Assembly: GCA_963666835.2 (NCBI GenBank)
Contig: CAXXGO010000003.1
Location: 320,001 to 384,000 of the forward strand
Reading direction: 5' to 3'
DNA from: Phycisphaerae bacterium
GTDB lineage: Bacteria; Planctomycetota; Phycisphaerae; UBA1845
Length of the DNA stretch: 64,000 nt
Shown here: positions 39,456 through 49,634 of the stretch, piece after piece
Position numbering within the stretch: position 1 is the first letter of the stretch
Layout of the letters: the number at the start of each line of letters is the position of its first letter
Notes under the pieces: model-generated
Database searches by the model: none
The model's input: only the letters and a program-made list of their open reading frames with translations
What the model was told of the DNA's origin: nothing
Translations under genes and position numbers: made by a program

Positions 39456-41591
39456 ATGACAGGCGACGCCAACCACAATCCTAATCCTCCAGCCACGGCG
39501 CTGAGCGAGCCTCTGGCGCTTCGTCTACGGTCGACAGCCGGGCGTCTGCGGCGATATACCGTGCTTGCGGGCTTGGCTTGCGTAGGCTGGGCGACACTGC
39601 CCCTCGCGTTGGCCCAATTCGCGGTTGATTCCTACGCCGGGGGCCTGCGTTGGAGCATGCGGGCGACTGCGCTGGCGATTATTCTCCTTTGGGTGGTCCG
39701 CCTGGCGTGGCGGCGAGTCTGGCGCCCGTGGCATCTTCCGTTTGGGCTGCCCGAAGTGGCTCATCTGATCGAGCGTCGCCATCCGGAACTGGCCGGGGTA
39801 TTGATCTCTGCGGTACGGTTTGCCGGCGGTGAAACGGGCCACAGTGCTACAGCCTCCGGCGCATTGACTGCGTCGGTAATGTCCCAGGCTTCTGCTTCAA
39901 CAGTGAATCTCGACTTCGATACGGTCCTGAACACCAGACGGGCTCGACTCGCCACGCTGTCACTGACCGGTGTCCTCATCACTGGTATCGCCATTACCGT
40001 TGCGGCCCCGGACCAGACGGTGCTGTGGTTCCGGCGAAACGTCCTGCTTCAGAATACGCCGTGGCCCCGGCAAACTCGGCTTGTTGTAGACCTGGACGAC
40101 GGTGTTCTGACCGGCGCAATAGGTGATGATCTGACAATCCGAGCCCACGCCGAGGGCATTCAGCCGCGCGACGTCGAGATTGTGCTGGAGACGGTCTCCG
40201 GACGGAAGCAGCGGGGAATGATGGTAACCGTCGGTAGCCACGATGCCCGCCGGTATCGCTACACGGTCAAGAACGCCACAGAGGACTTCTCCTTCCGGTT
40301 GCGCGGGGGCGATGATCGCACCAATCCCTATCATGCGCACCTGTGCGAGCGTCCTCGGATAGCGCATACCCAGATGCACCTGATTCCGCCTTCGTATACC
40401 GGGCAGGATCCCGTAATCCTGGGCAACGACGAACGGTCCGCCCGAGTCTTGTCGGGCACTACCGTGACAATCCGATTCCGCACAAACAAGCCGGTCCGGC
40501 GAGCGATACTGATGTCCGGTGAGAAAGAGATCGTCCAAGCCGACCCTGATGCACAGTGGCATACGGTGACGACCAGCCCGACGATGACAGGCACTTATCA
40601 TTTCAGCTTGGAAGACGAGGTGGGACTGACTAACCGCCGGCCGGTGTTTCTGTCTCTGCAGGTAGTCCCGGACGAACCTCCCCGAGCTCGCTTGAGGATT
40701 CCCGATGCCCAAGAGGTGATTACCTTGGACGCGATTCTCCCGGTAGAGTTGGAGTTCGCTGATTCTCACGGGCTGGCTACGGCAAGCCTCACCTATCACC
40801 TCTCCGGAGAGGGAACGGGCGAGAAACGCATAGCGCTGGCAGGGCTTTCGCCGGGAGCCAGGTCCTTCTCAACGGACATCACCTGGAGCCCGCCGCGGAC
40901 GGCATCTCCGGGCGATCGCGTAGCGCTGCAGGCTCATGCAACCGATCTGAACGACGTTACCGGCCCCGGGGTGGGCAAGTCGCATCAGGTCACTCTGCGA
41001 ATCGCCACTCGGGAGGAGTTCCTTGCAGAATTGTCGCGGCGCGAGAAGGAGTCGCGGGCGGCCTTCGAACGGCACATCGACACTCAAGAGGATCTTCGAC
41101 GACGTCTTCTCAGTTCTGTGGCTGCAGCCCGGATGGAAGGCTCGGACGGGGGCGAATCGGATGAGACCCTCGCAAACCTCGCCCACCGGCAACGCAACCT
41201 CGCCGGGGCGGTCAACACCGTACGCCATCACTTCGGTCAGATCCTCGCCGAGCTGATGGTCAACCAACTCGACACTCCCAACGAACACGCACGACTATCT
41301 CAGGGTATTATTGAGCCGCTAAGCCGTTTGGCTGAGCGCGATCTTGTTGCGGCCGCGGATTCCCTGCAGGAGTGTTCCCGGCAGAAACTTGCGGAACAGT
41401 CTGCCGCGATCGATGCTCAGCAGGCCGCGATGCTATCCGATATGCGCGCTGTGTTGGACGAAATGGTACAATGGGAGGGCTACAACGAACTGCTGGACAT
41501 GATTCGCGCTCTCATCCGGCTGCAGGACGAGTTGATTGCCGAGACTCAGGATGCCCTTACGGAACAGGCCGACAATGTGTTTGAAGACTAG
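39456..41591 (+). CDS. Membrane protein with Ig-like and coiled-coil regions (DUF4175-like)
   Basis: N-terminal TMs, A.LIERRHPEL...LISA, PPSYT, helical C-terminus. Confidence 0.7.
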   Translation: MTGDANHNPNPPATALSEPLALRLRSTAGRLRRYTVLAGLACVGWATLPLALAQFAVDSYAGGLRWSMRATALAIILLWVVRLAWRRVWRPWHLPFGLPEVAHLIERRHPELAGVLISAVRFAGGETGHSATASGALTASVMSQASASTVNLDFDTVLNTRRARLATLSLTGVLITGIAITVAAPDQTVLWFRRNVLLQNTPWPRQTRLVVDLDDGVLTGAIGDDLTIRAHAEGIQPRDVEIVLETVSGRKQRGMMVTVGSHDARRYRYTVKNATEDFSFRLRGGDDRTNPYHAHLCERPRIAHTQMHLIPPSYTGQDPVILGNDERSARVLSGTTVTIRFRTNKPVRRAILMSGEKEIVQADPDAQWHTVTTSPTMTGTYHFSLEDEVGLTNRRPVFLSLQVVPDEPPRARLRIPDAQEVITLDAILPVELEFADSHGLATASLTYHLSGEGTGEKRIALAGLSPGARSFSTDITWSPPRTASPGDRVALQAHATDLNDVTGPGVGKSHQVTLRIATREEFLAELSRREKESRAAFERHIDTQEDLRRRLLSSVAAARMEGSDGGESDETLANLAHRQRNLAGAVNTVRHHFGQILAELMVNQLDTPNEHARLSQGIIEPLSRLAERDLVAAADSLQECSRQKLAEQSAAIDAQQAAMLSDMRAVLDEMVQWEGYNELLDMIRALIRLQDELIAETQDALTEQADNVFED

Positions 41592-43503
41592 AGCAGTTTC
41601 CAGAAAGGTCCGTCTGGATCTCTCGCCTTACGATGGCACTCATGCGGGAGAGCGGCGACCGATCTTCGGACGAGGTGTTGTCTTTCTGGCTGCGCTTGCT
41701 CTGGCCGTAGGAGCGGCATCTCTTGCGCAGACTCCAACGACGACGGAGGTCGATCCGCTTTCCACGAAGGAGCAGATGATTCGCGACCGCTTTGAGCGTT
41801 TCGAGGATCGGGTATTCAAGCTCCGCGAGCAGCTTGCTCTTGAAGAGCCGGAGACCGCCGCCCGCCTCGAGCGTGTTCTGCAGCGCGCCGGCGAACTCGG
41901 GCTCGCCGGACAACTCGATGATGTAATCGAATTGCTAAGGACCGATGCTCCCTTGACGGTGGTCATCGATGCCCAGAAGGAATGGACGCAGCAGGCCGGG
42001 GGGCTCCTCGACATCCTCCTTGCACGCGATAACCGTAGTGATCAAGAGAACACCCGCCGCGACCTATTGCAGGATTATCAGCAGACCGTCTCGGAATTCC
42101 TCGATCGGCAGAACCGGCTTCGTCAGGCTTCACAACGGCTGGCGTACGCGCAGCAACTGGCTCAACAGCTCGACGCCGCCGCGCAGCTCACCAACGCGTT
42201 CATCGACCGCCAGAAAGCCATCACGGCCGGCCCGTCCGTTGACTCGGCGCCAACGCTGCAGGCCGATCTTGCAGCCGAGACCCGGCAACTTGCCGACTCC
42301 TTGCTTCGTGCCGCGCAGCAGGATCCCGAGTCATCATCCGGGGCACTCGACCTGGATTCTACAAAGGCACAGACGGCCGATGCGGCGGACCTGCTGAGCG
42401 AGAGCGCCGTGAACATGGCCGAAGCGGCGAGAGCCCTGCGTGATACGCCGACACAACCGGTTGCGCCGCTGCAGAACGTTGCGGAGCAGGAGCTGAATCG
42501 CGCTTACGTACTTCTGCAAACCGCGCAGCAAGAACTCCGCGAGGTGCTGTCCGGTGCCAACGAGGCTGAGCGTCAACATGCTGTCGCTGACGAAACCCGC
42601 AGTCTCGCCGACAGGATGCAACACGATCAAGTGTCCGGCAACCTAAGATCCACAGTGGGCGAGTCCGGAAGTTCCGCCCGGCGGGAACTCGACCAAGCCC
42701 ACGAAGCTATGACTAAGGCCGCCGACAGCCTCGAACAGGACCAACCGGGGGCGGCGGCAGCGGAACAGGCTGACGCGCTCGAGCATTTGAAGCAAACTCA
42801 GCGCGATCTGGATGAGGCTCTAGAGCGAGATCGACAAGAGGATCGTGCGAAGATGATGCAGGATCTCACCCGGCGTTTCCAGGAGATGCTGGCCGAACAA
42901 CAGGACATCAACCAAGCATCCGCGGCCTTCCAGATGCGTACCCCGCAGCACCTGCCGCGTTCGGAGCAGCTCCATCTGGCGAACCTCTCGACCCGCCAAC
43001 GGTCGCTCTCCGAACAGGCGGACCAGTGTCATAATACTCTTCATCGAGAGGACGCCACTGTGGTGCTGCCCTATCTTGCGGGGCAACTTGCCGAGGACAT
43101 GCGCAATCTTGCCGGCCGGCTCGCGAAGTTCGACGTCGGCCCGCTGACTCAGACCATCCAGAAAGAAGTCGTCGAAACCCTCCAGCAGCTTCTCGACTCG
43201 ACCGCGCAAATGGCCGAGTCTGGAGAATCTGCAGAGGAGTCTACCGGACGCGATGCGGACGAACCCCCGGACAAGTCGCTTATGCCATCGTCATCCGAAC
43301 TGAAGCTGCTTCGCTCCATCCAACTTCGCATCATCGCCCGCATGGCGACCATAGAAGCAGCCGCCGAAGATCACCCGCAAGGCAGCCGGTCTCCGAACCC
43401 GGCGTTGGAGTCAATCGCTACGCGACAGACGGAATGCGCGCGGCTTGCCCAGGAGCTCTGCGATCGAGTCCGGCAAACCGCATCCGGGGAGGACGAAGAA
43501 TGA
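41575..43503 (+). CDS. Secreted Q/E/A-rich coiled-coil protein
   Basis: Signal-like segment, long heptad repeats, ELKLLRSIQ. Confidence 0.7.
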   Translation: MCLKTRAVSRKVRLDLSPYDGTHAGERRPIFGRGVVFLAALALAVGAASLAQTPTTTEVDPLSTKEQMIRDRFERFEDRVFKLREQLALEEPETAARLERVLQRAGELGLAGQLDDVIELLRTDAPLTVVIDAQKEWTQQAGGLLDILLARDNRSDQENTRRDLLQDYQQTVSEFLDRQNRLRQASQRLAYAQQLAQQLDAAAQLTNAFIDRQKAITAGPSVDSAPTLQADLAAETRQLADSLLRAAQQDPESSSGALDLDSTKAQTADAADLLSESAVNMAEAARALRDTPTQPVAPLQNVAEQELNRAYVLLQTAQQELREVLSGANEAERQHAVADETRSLADRMQHDQVSGNLRSTVGESGSSARRELDQAHEAMTKAADSLEQDQPGAAAAEQADALEHLKQTQRDLDEALERDRQEDRAKMMQDLTRRFQEMLAEQQDINQASAAFQMRTPQHLPRSEQLHLANLSTRQRSLSEQADQCHNTLHREDATVVLPYLAGQLAEDMRNLAGRLAKFDVGPLTQTIQKEVVETLQQLLDSTAQMAESGESAEESTGRDADEPPDKSLMPSSSELKLLRSIQLRIIARMATIEAAAEDHPQGSRSPNPALESIATRQTECARLAQELCDRVRQTASGEDEE

Positions 43504-44513
43504 GCGCAAGGACGACTCGGAGTGTTCTCTTTGTGACTGTCGTCGCGGCACTCGCGGCTGAAACGACGAGGGCGCAGACTCCGACAGCGAACCTCATTGA
43601 CTACCTGGACGCGGACGGACAGGTCACTGCAGAGATCCGCCGGGAAGTCCGCACGACGTGGGAGGAGTGCCGCGCGGATGCCGCCGCCGAGTGCCTCACG
43701 CCGGCCCTGTCGACACTGTCTGCCACCTTCCGCGAAGGCGTTCTTGCCTACCGGAATGAACGCTATGCAACTTGTGCCACTATTATGGCAGAGTTGCGGA
43801 CTGATCCGAACCCGTTCCTGGCTGTCAACGCTGCCGCCTACGAAGTCAAGGCCCAGGTGGCCGCGGGCGCTGCCGTGGAGGCCCTGGACGTCTTTCCCAC
43901 ACTAACCGGCGACGGAACGGTAGGACTATCCGGTTTCACCCCATTCTCTGCGGAACTCGCTTTTCTGCGGGGGTTCTGCCTCTACTCCGACCTTCAATAC
44001 CACGCGGCCGCTTCCGCCCTGAACGAGTTCCTGGCAGAATACCCCCACGCACCCGCCCATCTGGCCGTGGCTGCTCGGCGGATACTCGGACAACTTGCCG
44101 ATCATCAGCCCGGCGGGCTCGGGGAGATTGCCGATCTCATGAATTACGCGGGGCAACGGCTCACGCGCGACGACGCCGGCGATACTGTTCGACAGCGTCA
44201 GCGGCGCGCCGTTGAATTGCTGGACAAACTGATTGACGCCGCCAAGCAACAGGAGCGCGGCGGAGACGGTGCCCAGGCCGGGGCGAGCCAGCAGGGCGCC
44301 CCCCCGCAACCGGGGTCCGCGTCTCAAACGACCGGCGGGCCGACACCGGGGGATGACCTGCGGGCCGCTCGTAGCGCCAATCCGGCCGAAGTGTGGGGAA
44401 CGATGCCGCCGGCCGAGCGCAAGAAGATCCTGCAGGCCTTGCGAGATCGCTTCCCCGACCGCTACCGCGGATTGATCGAGCAGTACTATGAGGAACTCGC
44501 TGAGGAGCGTTGA
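43500..44513 (+). CDS. Secreted TPR-like protein with a W..MPP.ER..FP.RY..LIEQYY tail
   Basis: ATGA overlap, signal peptide, conserved-looking C-terminal motif. Confidence 0.7.
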   Translation: MSARTTRSVLFVTVVAALAAETTRAQTPTANLIDYLDADGQVTAEIRREVRTTWEECRADAAAECLTPALSTLSATFREGVLAYRNERYATCATIMAELRTDPNPFLAVNAAAYEVKAQVAAGAAVEALDVFPTLTGDGTVGLSGFTPFSAELAFLRGFCLYSDLQYHAAASALNEFLAEYPHAPAHLAVAARRILGQLADHQPGGLGEIADLMNYAGQRLTRDDAGDTVRQRQRRAVELLDKLIDAAKQQERGGDGAQAGASQQGAPPQPGSASQTTGGPTPGDDLRAARSANPAEVWGTMPPAERKKILQALRDRFPDRYRGLIEQYYEELAEER

Positions 44514-44517
44514 GCTA

Positions 44518-45801
44518 ATGCCCGTAAATGGACTTCGTACCGCAAGAGCCCGACTACGCAGCGCCATTCCGAGGATTGCCTTCGTCGTTGCTATCCTACT
44601 CAGCGAAGTGACCTTCGGAGCTGCCGTGCGGGTCGTTCGGATTGACGGCACGAGCGTCACCGGCGAGTGGCTCGGCTGCCCCGCCGGTCAGCGACTCGGT
44701 TTGCGAACGGACCTCGGCGAAACCGAGATTGAACTTCACCAGGCCGCTGAACTGATCTTCAGCAACGTCGCAACCAATCCGCGAGGAACAACCGTATTTC
44801 ACCTGAATGGCGGCGGCCACATCGTCGGAGAGCCGTTGGAAACAGCGTCCGGGGGCGTTGCATGTCGAATGAACACCGGCGGCGGTGTCACGATTCGCTT
44901 TAACGATCTGGCGGGAGTCGAGTTCGGTTACACCGGCGATCCGCTGGGCGCGTCCGAGCTCTTTCAGTCAGCAATGGCTGACCGATCCGACGGCCAAGAC
45001 GCGCTGGTTACGCGACATGGTGACCGCCCACCCCAGATCCTCCATGGTCAACTCGAAGCTCTCGGGCCTGAAACCGGTATGTTCAGGTTCGATAATCGCC
45101 CGCGGACATTCCGCAACGAGAAGATCTTTGGAATAGTGATGGCCGCAGAGGTTGTCCCCCGCGAGCCGAGCCAAGTCCGAGTCTCGCTGGTGGCAGGTTC
45201 GGTGATTCCAGGGCGGCTGCGGGATGCGACGGCCGACATTCTCACGATAGAAACGACTTGGGGGCACCCGGTCACCATTCCGATTGAAGACATCGCCACG
45301 GTGGATTTCACCAGCGATCGAGTTGTCTACATTAGCGACCTAACCCCCAAGACCCAACACGTTGATGGACGGCTCCATCGTCCCTGGCCTGTACAATTGG
45401 ATCGAAGCGTGAGTGGCGGACCGTTGTCACTTGCCGGACAGACCTTTCGCAAGGGGTTGGGCGTTCACAGCCGCACGGAGCTGACTTACGAACTCGGCAA
45501 CGAATTCGACACCTTTCTTGCCACTATCGGAATCGACGACGCAGTTCGTCCGCGCGGGAGCGTGTGCTTTCGCGTGCGAGGCGATGGCCGTACCCTGTTC
45601 GATAGTGGCGAGCTAACCGGACTGGACGACCCCCGCGAGCTTGCCGTTGACATATCGGGTGTCTCGGTTCTCACCCTGGAGGTGGATTTCGGCGAAGGAC
45701 TGGATCTGGCCGACCACGCAGACTGGGGTCAGGCGCGCCTGCTCAAAGCGGCGGTCATCCCGTATCACGAGCCTTCCAACGGCATCGGGTCGGACAGGTG
45801 A
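44518..45801 (+). CDS. NPCBM/NEW2 domain secreted protein
   Basis: VYISDL, KGLGVHS, F.ATIGIDD, GSV.F.V.GDG, ADWG.ARL. Confidence 0.85.
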   Translation: MPVNGLRTARARLRSAIPRIAFVVAILLSEVTFGAAVRVVRIDGTSVTGEWLGCPAGQRLGLRTDLGETEIELHQAAELIFSNVATNPRGTTVFHLNGGGHIVGEPLETASGGVACRMNTGGGVTIRFNDLAGVEFGYTGDPLGASELFQSAMADRSDGQDALVTRHGDRPPQILHGQLEALGPETGMFRFDNRPRTFRNEKIFGIVMAAEVVPREPSQVRVSLVAGSVIPGRLRDATADILTIETTWGHPVTIPIEDIATVDFTSDRVVYISDLTPKTQHVDGRLHRPWPVQLDRSVSGGPLSLAGQTFRKGLGVHSRTELTYELGNEFDTFLATIGIDDAVRPRGSVCFRVRGDGRTLFDSGELTGLDDPRELAVDISGVSVLTLEVDFGEGLDLADHADWGQARLLKAAVIPYHEPSNGIGSDR

Positions 45802-45805
45802 TCCT

Positions 45806-47011
45806 CTATGCCGCTTCGGGTTCCTCGACCGGCCTGGCGGCATCGGCCCGCGGCGATCGTTCCGGCATCCACTTGTAGATCACCACAATGAAGGCTACGC
45901 CACCGGCAAACACCAAGACGCTCACAAACTGGGATATCGTGAGCCCGAGCGTATCGTGCGGATTGTCCGTGCGGATCATCTCGATCACGAACCGGCTGAT
46001 CGGATAGAGCACCGCGGCCAGGGCAATTACAATCCCATGGCGTTTCCTCACATAGAAAACCGCCGAAAGCAGACCGGACATCAGGAAGGCACTCACCGAA
46101 GCGTATAGTTGAGTTGGATGCACGGGCAGAGAATGGCACTGCGCCGCCAGGTCCTGCAGCTCTGATACCGACGTCTTACGCTCCGGGTGCTCTCGCGAGG
46201 GGAATCGCTGCGCCATCTCCAGAGCGTCCAGATGGTTCTTCTTCCGCCACGCTACCAACACCGCTTCCTTGCTCTTGATCTCAGAGTTGAGCGCTCGGAC
46301 CTCCGCGGAGTCGGCATCAATCTCCTTTGCCTCGGCCAGGGCGGTTTTGAGGTCGTCGATGTCGCGCTGCGGACGCTCCCGAGCTTCGACCGACAGGTTC
46401 AACGTCGCGGCCGGCAAAGGCAGACCTGCGTTACCCGCCATACTGATCAGCTCTGCCGGGATCGTTACGTCCCGATCCTGCCACTGCCGCAGGTGCGCCG
46501 GGCTTCCGTATGGAAACTCCACCGCCCAGGGGTACTTGGCTTGATCGGTCCCCTCGGCCACACATACCCCACCGAAACAGCACCCGTTGAAAAAGCAGCC
46601 GATCCGCCCGATCGCCAGCCCCCACAACAGACCCGGGGCGAGAATGTCAAGATACAGGCGGATGGACTGGCGCTTAATGGCCAGATAGATCATCACCGCC
46701 GCGGTTGCGCCCAGAAAGCCGCCCAGAAACTCCAACCCTCCCTGGCGGATGTCGATTACTGCAAACCAGACGTTCTTGAGCGGAGCAAAGTCCGTCTTCC
46801 AGTAGTGGATCACGTAGAACAGACGTGCCCCTCCCACCCCGAAAACCAGCGCGAGAAAAGACAGGTCAATCACCCGGTCCGGGTCGGCCTTGACCCTCGC
46901 CGCCCGGCGCATCGCCAGCCACACCGCGCTGAGGAACCCGACCATCAGGCAGAAGCCGTACGTCTTTACGCCGATTCCTAATACCGGCAACGTGAACAAT
47001 TCCGGGTGCAT
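45806..47011 (-). CDS. lgt: Prolipoprotein diacylglyceryl transferase with a long insertion
   Basis: MHPELF, YG, GARLFY, GGL.FLGG, GRIGCFFNGCCFG, HPTQLY, RF.IE.IR. Confidence 0.9.
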   Translation of the reverse strand: MHPELFTLPVLGIGVKTYGFCLMVGFLSAVWLAMRRAARVKADPDRVIDLSFLALVFGVGGARLFYVIHYWKTDFAPLKNVWFAVIDIRQGGLEFLGGFLGATAAVMIYLAIKRQSIRLYLDILAPGLLWGLAIGRIGCFFNGCCFGGVCVAEGTDQAKYPWAVEFPYGSPAHLRQWQDRDVTIPAELISMAGNAGLPLPAATLNLSVEARERPQRDIDDLKTALAEAKEIDADSAEVRALNSEIKSKEAVLVAWRKKNHLDALEMAQRFPSREHPERKTSVSELQDLAAQCHSLPVHPTQLYASVSAFLMSGLLSAVFYVRKRHGIVIALAAVLYPISRFVIEMIRTDNPHDTLGLTISQFVSVLVFAGGVAFIVVIYKWMPERSPRADAARPVEEPEAA

Positions 47012-47069
47012 ATATCCGCCTTCAGTGTTTGAACGTCAGCAACAGAACCTCGGCACGTTCACGAAGATC

Positions 47070-47930
47070 CTAACCGGACACAGGCGGCGGGTCCACGCCG
47101 ATGTTGTCGATCAGGCGACAGGTCCCAATCCGCACCGCCAGGCAGATACGCGCGGGCCGATCAACAACCGACAGCAACTCCAGCGATGTCACATCGACGA
47201 CGTCCACATATTCGATCTTCGCAGGTCCCGCTTGCTGAATCGTGCTCCTGATCTCCTCTTTTAACTCCGCCACGTCCCTCGCCCCGTTCGTCACCCGTTC
47301 TCGGGCGTTGAACAGAGCCTCGCTCAACGACCGCGCCTGTTCCCGCTGGTCAGCGGAAAGGTAGGCGTTGCGGCTCGATCGCGCGAGTCCGTCCGCCTCG
47401 CGGACCGTCGGACAACCAACAATCTCGATTGCCATGCTCAGGTCGAGAACCATCCGGCGAATCACCGCAAGCTGCTGAAAGTCCTTCTCGCCGAAAAACG
47501 CAACGTCCGCCGGCAAGATGCTGAACAGCTTGGCGACGACCGTAGCCACGCCGTCGAAGTGCCCCGGCCGGCATGGACCGCACAACGCATCCGTCAGCCC
47601 GCTGACGTGCACTGTTGTGAGCACGTCGGACGGGAACATCGTCTCGTTGTCCGGAGCGAATACCAGGTCGACGCCCTCTCGCGCACATGCCGCCAGGTCT
47701 TCAGCCAACGGGCGCGGATAGGCGTCCAGGTCCTCCTGCGGACCGAACTGCAGCGGATTAACGAAAATCGTTACCGCAACTGCCTGGCAGCGCGCTCGCG
47801 CCGCCCGAATGAGCGAGAAGTGCCCTTCGTGCAGAGCTCCCATCGTCGGGACCAGCCCGACGGACCGGCCCCGTTGGTGGAGCTGACGGACCGCGGCCCG
47901 AGCCTCCTCGACTCCGTGCAGTACCTTCAT
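47070..47930 (-). CDS. panC: Pantoate-beta-alanine ligase
   Basis: VPTMGALHEGH, FVNPLQF, RPGHFDGV, FGEKDFQQ, SSRN, RLIDN. Confidence 0.96.
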   Translation of the reverse strand: MKVLHGVEEARAAVRQLHQRGRSVGLVPTMGALHEGHFSLIRAARARCQAVAVTIFVNPLQFGPQEDLDAYPRPLAEDLAACAREGVDLVFAPDNETMFPSDVLTTVHVSGLTDALCGPCRPGHFDGVATVVAKLFSILPADVAFFGEKDFQQLAVIRRMVLDLSMAIEIVGCPTVREADGLARSSRNAYLSADQREQARSLSEALFNARERVTNGARDVAELKEEIRSTIQQAGPAKIEYVDVVDVTSLELLSVVDRPARICLAVRIGTCRLIDNIGVDPPPVSG

Positions 47931-48212
47931 TGCCCGTCTCATTAACAGTCCTCGAATGCCTCTTTTTCGGACCGTACTGTACGCCTGCAACCCGATTATG
48001 CAAAATGGGGCCGATGGGCCCGTGATTGCCGACGCAACAGGCCGGGCGTTCGCGGTGGGAGACGCCCCTCGCCGAACAGTGGGTTCGAGCCTTTAGGCCG
48101 GTAAAGCGAGCCCTTCAGGGTCGTTAGAGCCTGGATCGGCTGGGGCAGCAAGATCGCCCGGCGGATACCGAACTTACCGCTAACGATCCTGCGGGTCAGA
48201 CTGTCTAAATCC

Positions 48213-48827
48213 TTGGATCAGAGCGACTTGGACACCGTCGTGGAACAGACGAAGGCGGCCGAAACATCCCTGGTTGAACGAGCCCGCGGTGGTGACTCGG
48301 CAGCCTTCGCCGATCTGGTGCGAGCGTACCAGCGGCGCGCGGTCTCGGTCGCCTACCGGTTGCTCGGCAATGTTGAGGACGCCGGCGATGTCAGCCAAGA
48401 TGCCTTCGTTCGGGCCTACCGCTGCCTGGAGCAGCTCGACGATCCGGCCCGGTTCGGGTCCTGGCTGCTGCGTATCGTCAGCAACCTCGCCCTCAACTAC
48501 CGCCGGGCCCGGAGTACTCGGGCGGCGGCTTCGCTGGACGACGACCTCGCCCTGCCGAGCAACATTCGGAACCCGTCCACCGTACAGCGGAGCGTTGGAC
48601 TTGCTCCGGATGAAGACGGAGTTCTTCCCGCGGAGCTGCGCGGGGGGATCCAGGCGGCTATGGAGCAACTGCCCGAGAAACAACGGCTGGCCCTGATCCT
48701 GTTCAGCGTAGAGGGCCTTCCGCAGAAGGAGGTTGCCGAGATTCTCGAATGCACCGTTGAACTGGTGAAATGGAACGTCTTCCAGGCCCGTAAGAAGCTC
48801 AAAGAGTCGCTTAGGGAGTACCTTTGA
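48213..48827 (+). CDS. ECF sigma factor (start uncertain)
   Basis: GD..AF..LV..YQ, D.SQDAF, FGSWLLRI..N, LPEKQR, EVAEIL...VK..ARKKL. Confidence 0.92.
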   Translation: MDQSDLDTVVEQTKAAETSLVERARGGDSAAFADLVRAYQRRAVSVAYRLLGNVEDAGDVSQDAFVRAYRCLEQLDDPARFGSWLLRIVSNLALNYRRARSTRAAASLDDDLALPSNIRNPSTVQRSVGLAPDEDGVLPAELRGGIQAAMEQLPEKQRLALILFSVEGLPQKEVAEILECTVELVKWNVFQARKKLKESLREYL

Positions 48828-48888
48828 TAGGGACTGCCTCGTAACGGTGCCGAACGGCAGAAGCAGTGATTAGACGAAGAAGCCTACG

Positions 48889-49551
48889 ATGACCGAAGCA
48901 CAGTACAACCCGAACGATCCTGCCTATCTTGCCAGCCGGGCGTTGGACGAAGAGCTTCCTGCTGAGGAACGGCGGCGGCTCGATGCCGCTCTGGCGGAAT
49001 CGGCAGAGTTGCGCGTCGAAGCCGGCGAGCTTGCCGGTGTCGACCGCCTGGTCAAGCGGTGGGCAGGCGACGGGCCGGAGTTGGATTGGGAGAACCATGC
49101 CCGGCTCGTAAGTGATCGGATCAACTCGGACGTCGACGAGGGCGACCTGGCTCAGGTTGATCGGCTTCTCACGCGGTGGGGACAGGACTCTGCCGAGATC
49201 GACGCCGACCGGTTCACTGCCGAGGTAATGCAGAGGGTCTGCGCTGCGGATCAGCGGCATCCGCGGCGGAACCTGCTCTTGCGGCTCGCGGTTCCTCTGG
49301 CCGCCGCCGCTGCAATCGTCGTCGCCGTGACCGGTCCCTTCCGGCAAACCACCGCGCCTTCGACGGTCTCGCAGGTGGCGTTTCGTCCGATCGTTCAAGC
49401 GGCTGCCTTGCCGCAGACAACGTCAATCGTGCAGTTCGATCGCACTGCGGTCGCGGATGCAACGCCCGGATCGGAGGATTCGAGTTTGTCTATATTGATA
49501 GTCGGGTCATCACCACTGCCGAGAGCTTTTGAGGAAGTGCCACCAGCATGA
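48889..49551 (+). CDS. Putative membrane anti-sigma factor
   Basis: Directly follows the ECF gene; S..LD.EL..EE N-terminus; single TM LAAAAAIVVAV. Confidence 0.7.
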   Translation: MTEAQYNPNDPAYLASRALDEELPAEERRRLDAALAESAELRVEAGELAGVDRLVKRWAGDGPELDWENHARLVSDRINSDVDEGDLAQVDRLLTRWGQDSAEIDADRFTAEVMQRVCAADQRHPRRNLLLRLAVPLAAAAAIVVAVTGPFRQTTAPSTVSQVAFRPIVQAAALPQTTSIVQFDRTAVADATPGSEDSSLSILIVGSSPLPRAFEEVPPA

Positions 49552-49634
49552 CAGAGGTTAATCGGAGTTTCCTTTTGGACGTACCCGAGACCCACCGGCG
49601 AGAGTCGCCGCCGGCCTGTTGGCGAGAGAGTAAG

